Shown here: positions 16,604 through 27,330 of the stretch, piece after piece | Numbering within the stretch: position 1 is the first letter of the stretch | How the letters are laid out: each line of letters opens with the position of its first letter | IMG/VR virus record: IMGVR_UViG_2854418831_000003 | Location: 15,958-79,957 of that record | Source: a virus | Lineage: Duplodnaviria > Caudoviricetes | DNA length: 64,000 nt | Strand: one strand, 5' to 3' | Made by a program: the position numbers and the translations under genes | The notes under the pieces: generated by a model | Told to the model about the DNA's origin: nothing | Databases searched by the model: none | The model's input: the letters and a program-made list of their open reading frames with translations, nothing else

Positions 16604-17047
16604 TTACAGCTGCATGCTCAGTGTTTCATCTTCCTCCCACGGGTACCCTTTTACTGTAAAACTGCAGTATGTTTCGTCTCCCTCATGGGTAAACTCAAAG
16701 TCTCGGACGTACTCGGTTGCTGGATGCACCAGCAGCGCCTCTGTGATCGTCCTTTCAATTTCGCTTTCACGGGATTCCCTGTCCGGTATCTCGGCCAGTT
16801 CATCAAACTCCGTGCCTATGTCGTCGCTATATGCCAGGCAGCTCAGCCGCTCCGTGCTGGCAACTTTCAGGCACCACTGCATATATGCCTCCCTGCCTGC
16901 GCTGGTGATCATCCTGCCTGCTCCATCCCGTAAAAAATCGCCCGTTTCAAAATCAAAATAAACGGACGGGTAATATCTTTCATCATATTCCGGGTTGTCT
17001 GGTATCTCAGGCAAGTCAAACACCGGAAAAAGCTGATTTTCTGCCAT
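16604..17047 (-). CDS. Baseplate protein (DUF2634/XkdS-like)
   Basis: FDFETGDF...AY.QW..K...TER...YS.D.G.E pattern. Confidence 0.8.
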   Translation of the reverse strand: MAENQLFPVFDLPEIPDNPEYDERYYPSVYFDFETGDFLRDGAGRMITSAGREAYMQWCLKVASTERLSCLAYSDDIGTEFDELAEIPDRESRESEIERTITEALLVHPATEYVRDFEFTHEGDETYCSFTVKGYPWEEDETLSMQL

Positions 17048-17056
17048 ATTTGCCTC

Positions 17057-17413
17057 CTAACTTACCACATCAATAACAACCGCCTCGTTTTGCACCCAGG
17101 CAACCAGAACGCGGTCCCCTGGCTTGATCTGTGGTGGCTTGGCCGTATGCGTATGGCTTCCGTTGCCTCCCTCATGTCCTCCATGGGAGCCTCCGGAAAT
17201 CGTGTACGCCAGGCCTCCCACAAGCCTGCACACATGATAATCACTGCGCGGTATCGGTATGGGGAAAGTATTTGTTAAAAGGCTCATGTCTCCTTTAATG
17301 CTGCCGAAATCCAGCACTAGATCACGCTCTGCCTTTCCGGCCACGTTCTCTGCCCGCTGGGATATCACGCGGGCCAGTTTGCTCAGACCTGGGCTGCCTT
17401 TGTTTTCTGCCAT
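17057..17413 (-). CDS. Baseplate spike-region protein (DUF2577-like)
   Basis: His-rich GGSHGGH...HTH and KPGDRVLV motif. Confidence 0.7.
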   Translation of the reverse strand: MAENKGSPGLSKLARVISQRAENVAGKAERDLVLDFGSIKGDMSLLTNTFPIPIPRSDYHVCRLVGGLAYTISGGSHGGHEGGNGSHTHTAKPPQIKPGDRVLVAWVQNEAVVIDVVS

Positions 17414-17425
17414 ATCTGCCTCCTA

Positions 17426-18667
17426 TCAATCAAAGCTGCCATCATCCACCCAGCCATAAACATGTGTTTCAGACCAGTTCTCATAAACCAGGTGCCACGG
17501 GTGCGCCTTGCCGCTGCCGTTTGCGATTGTAATCTTCGCACGGCCGGCTGATACGTTGTAGCCCTTTGCGCCTGGATAAGAGCTGATATAGTGCTTGCCG
17601 CCGTGGAAGTTCACAACGTCGCCCACTTTATAGGTCTTTTTCTTCGTTTCCGTTTTCTTCTTGGCTGTTGTATCTGCTTTTTCTACCTGCATAGTCATTT
17701 TCCCGCTGTCAGCGTCGTGCTGCACGCTCTTAACAATATAAAAGCCGTTCAGCGCACCGACAGCCAGGTGTACCATGTCGCCCTTGCGCACCGGTGGGGT
17801 ATCAGGCGCCTGCACGGTTGCCGTCTCTTTCGGTTTTCCGTTTTCGTCCAGCATTTCCTGTGCTGTCTCCTGCGCCTCTGATAGGTTGTCGCTGCTGGCG
17901 TGGTTCACAATCCTTTGGAAAATTCCATATTCTGTTTTTCCGTTCTTGACTGCCTCAACCTTTGGCAATCCGTCCGTTTTTTCAGAGGATACAATCTTCA
18001 CGCGGGTAACAAGGTTTGCAATGCTTACTTTGTGCTTACTGGACACGCTGTTGTTACCCTCAAAGTGATAAATATCTTTGTTGCCACCTACGGCCACAAT
18101 AGAAACTTTGTTCTGCGTACTCCGTACAATCGCCTTGCCTCCGCCTTTTTTCTTAGCTTCGTCCAGGATTCCGCGCACTACGTCGCCCAGGTATGAGTTT
18201 TTGTACAAAATCTTTGCGTGACTCACATCCGGACCGCTGTAGCTGCTCAGGGTAATGCCCCAGTTTTTGAAAACTTCCGTCAGGGCGCTCTTGGTGCCCT
18301 TTCCGGCAGCAAAATAAATATTGTCCTGGGAACGCTGCATACTGTACAGGTTGTCATAAGCAACCACATTAAAAACCTCGTCGGCTTTCGTTGTGCTGCG
18401 CTCACACTCTGTTACATTTCCCATGGCCACAATGCCCTTGCCGCTGCCCCAGTACGCTTTTATTGCCACCACGCACCCGATCTTTATCAAAGAGGACAGC
18501 CTGGAACCGTTATACTTGGCATTGTATAGCTCAAAGGTTATTTTCATGGCCAGCTCGTCCTCTTCTTCCTCCCATCCCAGGCCCTCGACCGCCTGGGTAA
18601 TGTTTAGCTGCACTTTCTTTTCTGTGATTGCAATCACGTCATAGTGCACTTTGCTTACTTCAATCAC
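17426..18667 (-). CDS. Baseplate hub (XkdQ-like) with a C-terminal SH3-like domain
   Basis: Position and size; C-terminal YKVGDVVNF...VYGWVD. Confidence 0.8.
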   Translation of the reverse strand: MIEVSKVHYDVIAITEKKVQLNITQAVEGLGWEEEEDELAMKITFELYNAKYNGSRLSSLIKIGCVVAIKAYWGSGKGIVAMGNVTECERSTTKADEVFNVVAYDNLYSMQRSQDNIYFAAGKGTKSALTEVFKNWGITLSSYSGPDVSHAKILYKNSYLGDVVRGILDEAKKKGGGKAIVRSTQNKVSIVAVGGNKDIYHFEGNNSVSSKHKVSIANLVTRVKIVSSEKTDGLPKVEAVKNGKTEYGIFQRIVNHASSDNLSEAQETAQEMLDENGKPKETATVQAPDTPPVRKGDMVHLAVGALNGFYIVKSVQHDADSGKMTMQVEKADTTAKKKTETKKKTYKVGDVVNFHGGKHYISSYPGAKGYNVSAGRAKITIANGSGKAHPWHLVYENWSETHVYGWVDDGSFD

Positions 18668-18682
18668 TCAGCTGCACCTCCC

Positions 18683-19330
18683 TTACTTGGCCGGTATGGT
18701 CAGCTTTTGGCCGGGGTATATCAAGTTCGGATTCTTTATCTTGTCCCTGTTCAGGTTGTAAATTTCCGTGTATCTGGAGCCTTTACCCAGCAGGCGCTGT
18801 GCAATCCTCCATAAACAATCCCCGGATTTTACCGTGTAGGTGGTCGTCTTTTTGCCTGTTTTGGGCTGCTTCTTTTTAGGCGACGGTCTGGTTGGCGTTT
18901 TTATTTTCAGCTCATTGGTGGTGTAAATCTTTATATCTCTGGCAATAATAAATTTTATGTCATAGAAATAATCTCCGGATCCACCTTTGTACTTGCCTTT
19001 AAAACTGGAAACATAAACAGAATAGTTTATGCAGGTGCCAGTGCATAGCAAAGTACATTTTGTGCCATTGTCCCGATACTTTTCCAGGCTTTTGATCAGT
19101 GTGTCGGGTTTGGTATACTTTCTTACCAGTCTGTTTTTCTTCCGCACTGCCCCTGGAAACATCCCGGACCACGAAATCTCTTTTGTTCCTCGTCCACGGG
19201 GGAGTTTTACGTCCCCCAGTGAAATAATGCTGTACGTCATAAATTTTGCGTCAGCACCCATTGTTATAGCTTCCGGCAGCATAGGGAACTGTATTCTGCT
19301 GCCGCCGGATGGTGTCAGGTAAATATCCAT
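18683..19330 (-). CDS. LysM-containing tail tube initiator (XkdP-like)
   Basis: C-terminal [18 protein letters not shown]...[14 protein letters not shown]. Confidence 0.87.
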   Translation of the reverse strand: MDIYLTPSGGSRIQFPMLPEAITMGADAKFMTYSIISLGDVKLPRGRGTKEISWSGMFPGAVRKKNRLVRKYTKPDTLIKSLEKYRDNGTKCTLLCTGTCINYSVYVSSFKGKYKGGSGDYFYDIKFIIARDIKIYTTNELKIKTPTRPSPKKKQPKTGKKTTTYTVKSGDCLWRIAQRLLGKGSRYTEIYNLNRDKIKNPNLIYPGQKLTIPAK

Positions 19331-19334
19331 GTCC

Positions 19335-22300
19335 CTATGCCTCCTGTATAAGCGGCATGTTTGCAAAAATTTTGCTCATGCGCTCTGCGATCTCGTCTCC
19401 CAGGTCGTCTGCCATTTCGCGGATCCGGTTTTTCATAACTTCAAAGACCTTTTCCTCGTCCATGTTTCCGCCCTCGATCTTAATAACTGGACTCATGTCC
19501 ACGTTAATCTCAAAGTTGTTGTTGCCCTGCTGTCCCTGCACTGCTGCATTGACAGAAACGGCTTTCTTGCCCTCGGATTCCTCTTCGCTACTATCCCCCG
19601 ACATTTCCTGGCCGGTTACACTCCACACGCTCTTGCTTTCGTCCTGTGGCTGTGCCTGCAATGGCAAAATGGTATTGCTGGCCAGTTCTTCGCCGCCAGG
19701 CCCTACGATTCCGCCGTTTGCGTGGGCTGCAATTTCTCCATTGCTGTCCAGCACGCCCAGGTCCTCGCCTGCCTGCTGCCACAACGCAATGCCGCGGCCA
19801 CGTCTGCCCGGTACCGTCGGGATAACATACTCTTTGCCCTCTTCTCCTAACCAGGATAATTCTGCGCCATGCAGGCCCACCTCTCCACCGTTTGCATGTC
19901 CGGCAATGGATACAGAAACTGTTGATCCACTGCTGTGCGTGCTCAGTGAAGCGCTTGGGTTCGTGATATGGTAGGAAACTGTTACATTTACAGAAGCCCT
20001 TGCAGAATAAGGGGAGTTAAAAGCTGCTTGCAGCTCACTACCTACTTGGCTGTAAACTGCTGCTATATTGTCGCTGGCTTTCTCGATTGTCACATCCGTG
20101 CTGCCATTGGTCTGCATAGTGTTGGAAAATGTATTATCAAGTTCCGCCTGTGCAGATGTGGCTGCCGGTGTTGCATCCGTGCTGCCTGCTTCTACGGTTA
20201 AATTGGTGGTCATTGTGGTGTCTGTGGTGTTTGTTTCACTGCTCAGAGCTGCCTGCGCTGCCTCTTCCACCGGTGTTGTGTCTGTGGATCCGGCTGTCGT
20301 TGTCACGTTTACCTGCTTCTCAACAGTCGTGTCCTCACTTCCGCTTGCTGTGCTCTGCTCCACTGCTGCCTCAATGCCGCTTGTGTCTACCTGTACCAGA
20401 TCGGACGGTATAGTTACCGTTGCCCCGGACTGTACCTGTATACCGGCACCGCTCAGGGTTCCGGTTTCCATTCCCAGGGCCGCCTCTATCTGTGCCATGG
20501 CTGTTTCAGAATCAACCTCAACGTTTGCCAGATCCACCTTTACACCGTCAGCAGTAACAGAAAACTCTGCACCCTCTGCGGTCAATGCGGACATAGCCTG
20601 GTCAATGGCTGTTTTGGCTGCGTCTCCGTCAACCTCTGCTGTCAAGTTATCCATGGAAATTTTCAGCTCGTCGCCTGCATGAATAATATACGGGCTTTCA
20701 ATGCCGTTTTCTTCGGCTATTGTCTGCCAGTCTATTCCCAGGGCGTTGCCGATCTCCCATAAGCAATCCCCAGCCTTTACCTTAATGGTTGCGCCCTCTG
20801 CGGTCACGTCCTCGGTTTCGGCCAGGTCGCCCAGTTTTTCGTTTAAACTGGAAACCCATGCGTCTTTGTCAATGTCCACGCCGTCAACTTCCGCTTTCAG
20901 ATCTCCCAGTTCCACCGGTTCGTCTGTAACAGAAGCCGTTGCACGCTTCCAGGCTGCTGAAAATTCCTCACCCAGCTGCCCGTTGGCATCCATCTTACTT
21001 ACCGCATCAATCAGGGCTTTGTCCCCGGAATCTGCAATGCTTTTTGCGTATACGTCCCAGGCTGCGCTTGTATCTCCGGAAGCAGCACCGATGGCCATAG
21101 TCTCGTTAAACTTGTCCATGATCTGCTTTGGCACATCCTGGCCAACTTTTACATATTCGTCCACCAGGCCGCGCATGGAGTCTGCATCTGGTTTCATGGC
21201 TTCCCACACCTTTTCAAGTGCGTTCTGGTCGCCACTCTGTAAGAATTTCCAACCGCCGCCCTGCTGTGCGTAATCCGCACCGAACATGTTCAAGTGATCA
21301 TACAAGCTCTGCATGTCTTGGTTGTTCAGGTAATTCTTTAAATAATCAACCTCATTTCCCATGCTTTTCTTTGTCTTTCCCTGGTTTGTTGCGATCAGGT
21401 CGCCATAAGTACCGCCCAGGGTGTTGTTTTCAAAGTCCAGGCTGGTCATGAGATCGTTTGCCTTTTGGTTTCTAATTGCCTGGCTGGCCAGGTCTTTGTA
21501 ATGCTCATTCTGCCGCTTTGTAATTCGTCCAGAAGCCTCCGCGGCATTTAAGTATGAATAAAATTCTGTTGCCAGCGCCTGGGTTTCATCTGCTGCGGTT
21601 TCTCGCTGATCCGCCAGGGCTTCCACTACCGAAGTAAAGGAGTCTGCAGTCAGGTCTTTGCCGCTCAGGCTGCCGTATTCCTGGTTGATCCAGTCAAGCT
21701 GTGCCTGCGCTTCCGCCTGATTCCATTTGCTGGTTATGCTGTTCATTTTATCCTGTAAAGCTGCCACTGCCTGCGCTTCGTCAACATCAATAATGCCGTC
21801 CTGCAGCGCTTCCTCCACGGCAGTTTTCAGGTCATTGGATAGATTGGTCAGTTCCAGGTGGTCTGCTCGCGCCCATTCCTCAATACTGCTCGCCAGGCTT
21901 TCACCCTCCTCAGTACCTCCCAGGAATGTCTGCACGCTTATATGAGCCGCAAATGTCCGGCTTTCAAGCTCGGAAATTTTGCTTTCCACAAAGGTTGTTA
22001 CATTGTCCTTATAGGACTGTTGCTCGTCAGCGGTCAGCTCAATGCCGACGCTGCTTTTCCATGTCAGTGCCTGGTTTGCTTGCAGTGCTTCCTCTGCTTT
22101 CTTTCTCAGTTCGTCGGCGTTCTTAAATTCATTGATCGCCATCTCAACATTTACCAGGTACTTTGCGTTTAAGATTCCGGAAGCTGCTTCCTCTGCCTGC
22201 TTCGCGCTCAGCTCAATACTGCCAAAATGGTTCGCCAGGCTGTTGCTGATCTGCTTCTCGTTATAGTTATCTATGGCCACACCGATAGCAACCACGGCCG

Positions 22301-24655
22301 CTGTAATTGCCGCCGCTGCAATGCCAACCTTTCCGGCCATAGGAATCATGGATCCCAGGTCGCTCACAAAAGCGCCAACTGTCGGAGCTGTCTGTGCTGC
22401 CATCCCTATGTTTTTAATCGCGCTGCCAATAGGGGACAAGGCTTTCACAATACTGCCCGCTCCGCCGATCAGGGACGTTGCTCCTTTAGCAATCAGTCCA
22501 GCACTCAGCCATGAAGTCAGACCGGCCTGTTCGCCGCCCGGCATAATCTTTGCAGCTTCTCCAAACAGGCCGCTCAGTCCTTTTGATAACAGGTGTTTGC
22601 CCTTACTGCCGGCCCATTTTGTAAATGGCTCTGCGATCAGTGTGTCCCATGCAATATCAACCTTTCCAAACAGGTCTGCGTTTTGCCATTCCTGGGAGTT
22701 GGTCATACCGCTCACGGTTCTCTTGATTCCCTCGGCTTTACCGTCAACAAAGTCCATCAAATTTGTAAGCGCTGCTGTTGCTGCCGGTGTTGCGTCTGTA
22801 ATCGCGTCCACAACTCCACGGATGTACGGTGTCAGCCTCTTGCCAAAACTGTTCTGTACGCCCTCAACAGCGGACTGCATAAGTGTCATGGAACAAAGCA
22901 GATTATTATGATCATTTCATGATTACACTCAACAGCGGACTGCATAAGTGTCATGGAACCCTCTAGGTTATCCAGCATAGTGTCTGACATGTCCTGCGCT
23001 GCTCCGTCCGCATTATAAATTGCGTCGCTCAGCTTGTTATAATCTTCCTTAGAAGCATTGATAATAGCCAACATTCCAGCCATTGCTTCCTTGCCGAAAA
23101 TGGTGCTGGCCGCTGCTGTCTGTTCAGTCTCAGAAAGTCCTCCCAGGCTGCCGCGCAAGTTATCCATGACACCTTTCAGTGTTTTCATGTTTCCGGAGCT
23201 GTCGGTCAAGCTGATTCCGTACTTCTCCATAGCTGTTGCCATGCTGTCAGTAGGTGCTGCCATATTCGCCAGGGAAGTCTTTAAGGCTGTACCGGCCATG
23301 CTTCCCTTGATGGAACTATTGGCCATAAGCCCCAGTGCCATGGATGTATCTTCAACGCTGTACTTCATTGCTCCCGCCACTGGCGCAACGTATTTGAATG
23401 ATTCTCCCAACATACCAACGTTTGTGTTTGCGCTGGCGCTGGCTTTTGCCAGTACATCCGCAAAATGTCCGGAATCGCTTGCCTTTAGGCCGAATGCCGT
23501 GAGCGCGTCGGTTACAATATCGGAAGTGGATCCCAGGCTCTCGCCGCTGGCTGCTGCCAGGTTCATAATACCGGAAATACCGGAGATCATCTGTTTCGGC
23601 TGCCAGCCCGCCATTGCCATGTAATTAAATGCCTCAGCTGCCTCTGTCGCTGTAAACTTGGTCGTTGCTCCCATTTCCTGGGCTTTTGCTGTCAGGTCCT
23701 CAAACGCCTGCCCTGTTGCTCCGGAAATAGCCCCGACCTGGCTCATCATGCTTTCAAAGTTTTTGTAAGTGTTTACCGTATCGCCCAGACCTACACTGAT
23801 ACCTAGTGCCGCGCCTGCCTGTGTCAGCGGGTTCTTTGCAGCGTTTATTATTGCCGTCAGAGGTGCTGTGGCTGCATCCACGACGCTCACTGTTGCCGTC
23901 CAGACGCTGCCGTCCCAGGCTGCTGCCTTATCCCGCACACTATCAATAACCGGGCTTGCGTTGTCGTCTGCTCCCAGCTGCGCGGATCCGGAACTTCCGG
24001 AAAAATTCTCAACAGCGTCCTCTGCTGCTCTTACGATCGGGGTGGCGTTATCATCCGCCCCCAGCTCCGCTGTGGCGCTCATGCCGTCCAGCATTTCCGT
24101 GGCGTCCTCCGTCGCTCGTATTGCCTGGGTGGCGTTGTCGTCTGCTGTTAGCTCTACGGTTGCCACATCCCCATCCAGGGACGCCAGCGCGTCGCCCGCG
24201 TCCCTTATCTCCATGGTGGCGCTATCATCCGCGCTTAACCCCACAACCGCCTCATTGCCATTCAAGGCGGTCAGTGAGTCGCCCACGTCGTCAATAATTC
24301 CGGTTGCGTTATTGTCTGCTCCCACTTCAACATCCGAGGAGGTGCCGTCCAGGGTTGCTGCCTGGTCCGCTACGTCGCTCAGGGTTCCTGTGGCTGCGTT
24401 GTTCACGTCTACGTCAACGCTTGGGCTTACGCCGTCCAGGGATTCCGCCTGATCAGATACCCGGCTCAGTCCCTGGCTTGCGTTGTCGTCCAGCTCAATA
24501 TCAATATTGTGCGCTCTTTCCAACCGATCAAGGCGGCGCTGTGTGCGGTCCCACGCACGTTCAAACGCCGTCAGGTTTCTTGTGGCCGACTGCACACCAG
24601 CACCGGTGCGGTCAACCGCTTCTATCGGAATTTCAATAGTTAATGTTTCGGCCAC
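19335..24655 (-). pseudogene. Tape measure protein gene split by a 65-bp insertion into ORFs 22886-24655 and 19335-22889
   Basis: TP901-type TMP core (FESMMSQVGAISGA...GATTKFTATEAAEAFNYMAMAGW); removing one 32-bp repeat copy plus the 33-bp insert restores a 5256-bp frame (1751 aa) reading LDNLEGSMTLMQSAVEGVQ. Confidence 0.92.
22863..22959. repeat. 32-bp direct repeat - 33-bp unique insert - 32-bp direct repeat
   Basis: CTCAACAGCGGACTGCATAAGTGTCATGGAAC at 22863-22894 and 22928-22959, flanking AAAGCAGATTATTATGATCATTTCATGATTACA. Confidence 0.97.
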
Positions 24656-24657
24656 TT

Positions 24658-24843
24658 TTACTCACCGCCCTCCTCAGTGCCGTCTCTTGCTTTCTGCTCA
24701 GCTATCAGCTGTATTTTCATACTTTCCAGCATGAGCACCTGCGCCCAGTCTGGTTTGCTCAAAAACTCGTCAAATGGGATATGATGCCGTTGGAAAATAA
24801 TGTGCATAAGCGTTGTTTTGCCGCCGGCTTCGATTAGTTTTTT
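24658..24843 (-). other. -1 programmed frameshift extension of the tail assembly chaperone (G/GT-type)
   Basis: Slippery A AAA AAC (24837-24843) just before the TAA; the -1 frame is open to 24658, 2 nt before the TMP start. Confidence 0.8.
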
Positions 24844-25349
24844 GCTACATCCTCCATAGTCGGCTGATATCCGGAAATCTCGTCAAGTTTGGCCAGGATC
24901 TCGTCTTTCTCGCCGGATTTCAGAACCACCTCAACCAGGTCAGTACCGTTCAGCACGTTCAGGTTCTTCCATGCGTCACGGTTATCCCAAATCTTGTCAC
25001 GATCTTCCTCAACGGTTGCCTCATAGATCAGCTGTGCGCGGTATCTGGCAGCGTCAACACTCTCTGCCACTCTTGTACCCAGCTGCTTGTTGCGCTTGTA
25101 GTTTGTGTTATCTTTCTTGCACTTCAAATATTCATCTTCACCCATAGGGCGGATGCGGAAAGACAGCACAACAGCGCCGTTTCTCTTAATTTCAATCGGT
25201 ACTGCTTCCTCTGCGTCTGTCTTGTATGCGGCGGCTGCCATAAGTCCGCCCAGGATGTCATTTTCGTACTTTCTCACTGTTGCTTTCTTCTCGTCCTCAG
25301 TCATTTCAACAGCTGCCTCATTTTCTAAATTCACATTTTTAGTTGCCAT
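24834..25349 (-). CDS. Tail assembly chaperone (XkdN-like)
   Basis: Between the tube and TMP genes; 171 aa. Confidence 0.8.
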   Translation of the reverse strand: MATKNVNLENEAAVEMTEDEKKATVRKYENDILGGLMAAAAYKTDAEEAVPIEIKRNGAVVLSFRIRPMGEDEYLKCKKDNTNYKRNKQLGTRVAESVDAARYRAQLIYEATVEEDRDKIWDNRDAWKNLNVLNGTDLVEVVLKSGEKDEILAKLDEISGYQPTMEDVAKN

Positions 25350-25375
25350 GTTCTCAAATCCTCCTGGTTTATTTT

Positions 25376-25405
25376 AAAAATGCCGCGAGGCTATTCCCCG
25401 CGGCT
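25376..25405 (-). terminator. Intrinsic terminator after the tail tube gene
   Basis: GCCGCGGGG-AATAG-CCCTCGCGGC-ATTTTT. Confidence 0.6.
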
Positions 25406-25427
25406 CTGTTTGTGCATTTATATGGTT

Positions 25428-25889
25428 TTAGGCTCTCAGCTTGCCCTGCTGGTTTACTGCGCCGTTTACGAACAGGCTCCACTGTCTCTTAATCAGGTCG
25501 CCCACTGTTACGTTCTGCAGGTCAATGTTTCCGGACGGTACACAATCGTTGTATACCAGTCTTTCCTCAGAACCGTTGCGGCCCTTAATAACACCCTGGA
25601 AGTTCCAGGACGGCATTTCTCCGGACTTCATTCCGGCCAACAGATCAGTAATAAACTCGCCATCCTCTACCACGATTTCGGTAAAAGTAAGCGTCTGGCC
25701 ATAGCTGGTAAAAATCTCATGTTCCTGCGGGTCGCCCAGCGGCTGGAACTTGGTATTTGTTACATTTACCTGTGCCTGGTATGTTTCCATAGTGGCCAGC
25801 AGTTTGCCCTTGGCATTGTACAGTGCGCCGTTTTTTCCGGTCAGCACTTTCTTGGCGTTAGCAACCGCCTGTGTGTTAATAATACTCAT
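25428..25889 (-). CDS. Tail tube protein (XkdM-like)
   Basis: VLTGKNGALY...FQGVI...EERLVYNDCVPSGNIDL, directly after the sheath gene. Confidence 0.85.
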   Translation of the reverse strand: MSIINTQAVANAKKVLTGKNGALYNAKGKLLATMETYQAQVNVTNTKFQPLGDPQEHEIFTSYGQTLTFTEIVVEDGEFITDLLAGMKSGEMPSWNFQGVIKGRNGSEERLVYNDCVPSGNIDLQNVTVGDLIKRQWSLFVNGAVNQQGKLRA

Positions 25890-25908
25890 TGTCCTTTATC
25901 TCCTTTCT

Positions 25909-27330
25909 TTACTCAGAATCTTCCTCAGCTGCAAAACGGAAGCGGAATGTCAGGTAAATAGTTTCAATGCTGTCAAGGTCGTCAACAGCAATAATGAACC
26001 ATGCAGAGTCTCCCTGCGCCGGATTTCCCTCGTCCTCAATTACAGTACCGGACAGAAGCTTCTTTTCTCCTACCATTGCGTCAACAACTCGCTGGGCGGC
26101 TGCGATAACAGCTGCGCGGCCGTCAGTGTCGTTGTCCACCTGGCCGATCAGGACCTCAGTAGTCTGTTCAACACGGTCCATAAGCTCAAAACGCTCTTTC
26201 ACGCGGCGGATTTTCTTCCAACCTGCATCCTGGTCTTTACTCAGGGTTACAAGAGTGTTGATCGCCTTTTCAATCCATACCTGCTTGCTCTTGCTGGTGG
26301 ACAGCACAAGGCAACCGGATTTCAGGGCTTTCTTAATGGTTCCGCTGTTCAGGGTCTCTTTCAGGCCTGCTGCTCCGCTGATCACGGTATGAGTCAGGGA
26401 AGCATTTGCAGCACCGGCGCAAATCAGACCGCCGATTCTTGCCGCCAGCATATAACCCTCATACTCAACGCCGTCTGTGCCAATGTACGGATTCAGTACA
26501 TAGTGGATTTTTTCGTCATTGAATGCTGCTGCGTGCTGCATACGGGTTTCAATCTCCACGGAGCTAGGCTCTGCCACGGTCGCCATGGTATATGCTCCCT
26601 CCTGGAACACTCTGGCAACGTGAGTTGCAATCAGTGTGTGGACTGCTGCGTCGTTGGTGTCAACGATGATCATGTCTCTCACTTCTGCCTCACTTGCGTT
26701 TGCAGCTTCTCCGTATGCTGCGGTGTTTACTGTCGGGTTTGTACCAGCAGTAAAGGCTTTCTGTGTAACATCTGCCAGAGTGCCGTTTCCTGGAGCTTTC
26801 TTTGTAGCTTTCACGTACTTGCTGTTTGCAAATGCGGCCACAATTCCGTCAACCTCTGTTTTTCCGGCTGCAAAGGTTACTTTTTCAAGGGCTTTTGTTC
26901 CCTCATAGATGGTTGCCTCTTTTGCTGTTTCATCATCCAGGGAAGCCTTTACAGTAATGGTAAATGCTCTGTTTCCAGGATAAAGTGCTGTAAGCACAAC
27001 AGCATCAACAGCAGCGCTGGCTGTGGTATCTTTCAGGGTAATTGTTGCCGGTGTTCCGCCTGTTCCAACACGTACCACAACGCACTCCTCCATGCCTCCG
27101 GCCATAAATGCTGTGATAGCATCATGTCCGGAACCTGCGCCGATAACGCTGGTAATATCAGTGCTCTGGTCAATCGTAACCGGTGTGTTTAATGCTCCCC
27201 AGTTACCTGTTACAAGTGCGCAACCGACGCCGGATCTGGCTCCGGCTGCTTCTACTCCGCCCGCGTTCTCATAGCGTTTGTATACGCCAGGGCGTTCTTT
27301 CTTTTCTCCTACAACAAAAAATCCGCTCAT
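25909..27330 (-). CDS. Tail sheath protein (XkdK-like)
   Basis: GEKKERPGVY...AINTL...WKKIRRV...DSIETIYL. Confidence 0.9.
   Translation of the reverse strand: MSGFFVVGEKKERPGVYKRYENAGGVEAAGARSGVGCALVTGNWGALNTPVTIDQSTDITSVIGAGSGHDAITAFMAGGMEECVVVRVGTGGTPATITLKDTTASAAVDAVVLTALYPGNRAFTITVKASLDDETAKEATIYEGTKALEKVTFAAGKTEVDGIVAAFANSKYVKATKKAPGNGTLADVTQKAFTAGTNPTVNTAAYGEAANASEAEVRDMIIVDTNDAAVHTLIATHVARVFQEGAYTMATVAEPSSVEIETRMQHAAAFNDEKIHYVLNPYIGTDGVEYEGYMLAARIGGLICAGAANASLTHTVISGAAGLKETLNSGTIKKALKSGCLVLSTSKSKQVWIEKAINTLVTLSKDQDAGWKKIRRVKERFELMDRVEQTTEVLIGQVDNDTDGRAAVIAAAQRVVDAMVGEKKLLSGTVIEDEGNPAQGDSAWFIIAVDDLDSIETIYLTFRFRFAAEEDSE

Noticed and set aside
13447-19330. A second DGR target among the tail genes
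   Set aside because: No further copy of the TR-like sequence was found by eye in the window.
22863-22959. Calling this a genuine CRISPR array or phage mini-array
   Set aside because: There are only two repeat copies, the repeat is in-frame TMP coding sequence without a strong palindrome, and no cas genes or leader are present. It is better treated as an insertion scar.
25750-27192. Long plus-strand ORFs opposite structural genes (also 32432-34006, 58393-59877, 7475-8497)
   Set aside because: They lack SD sequences and motifs and are shadow frames of minus-strand genes.
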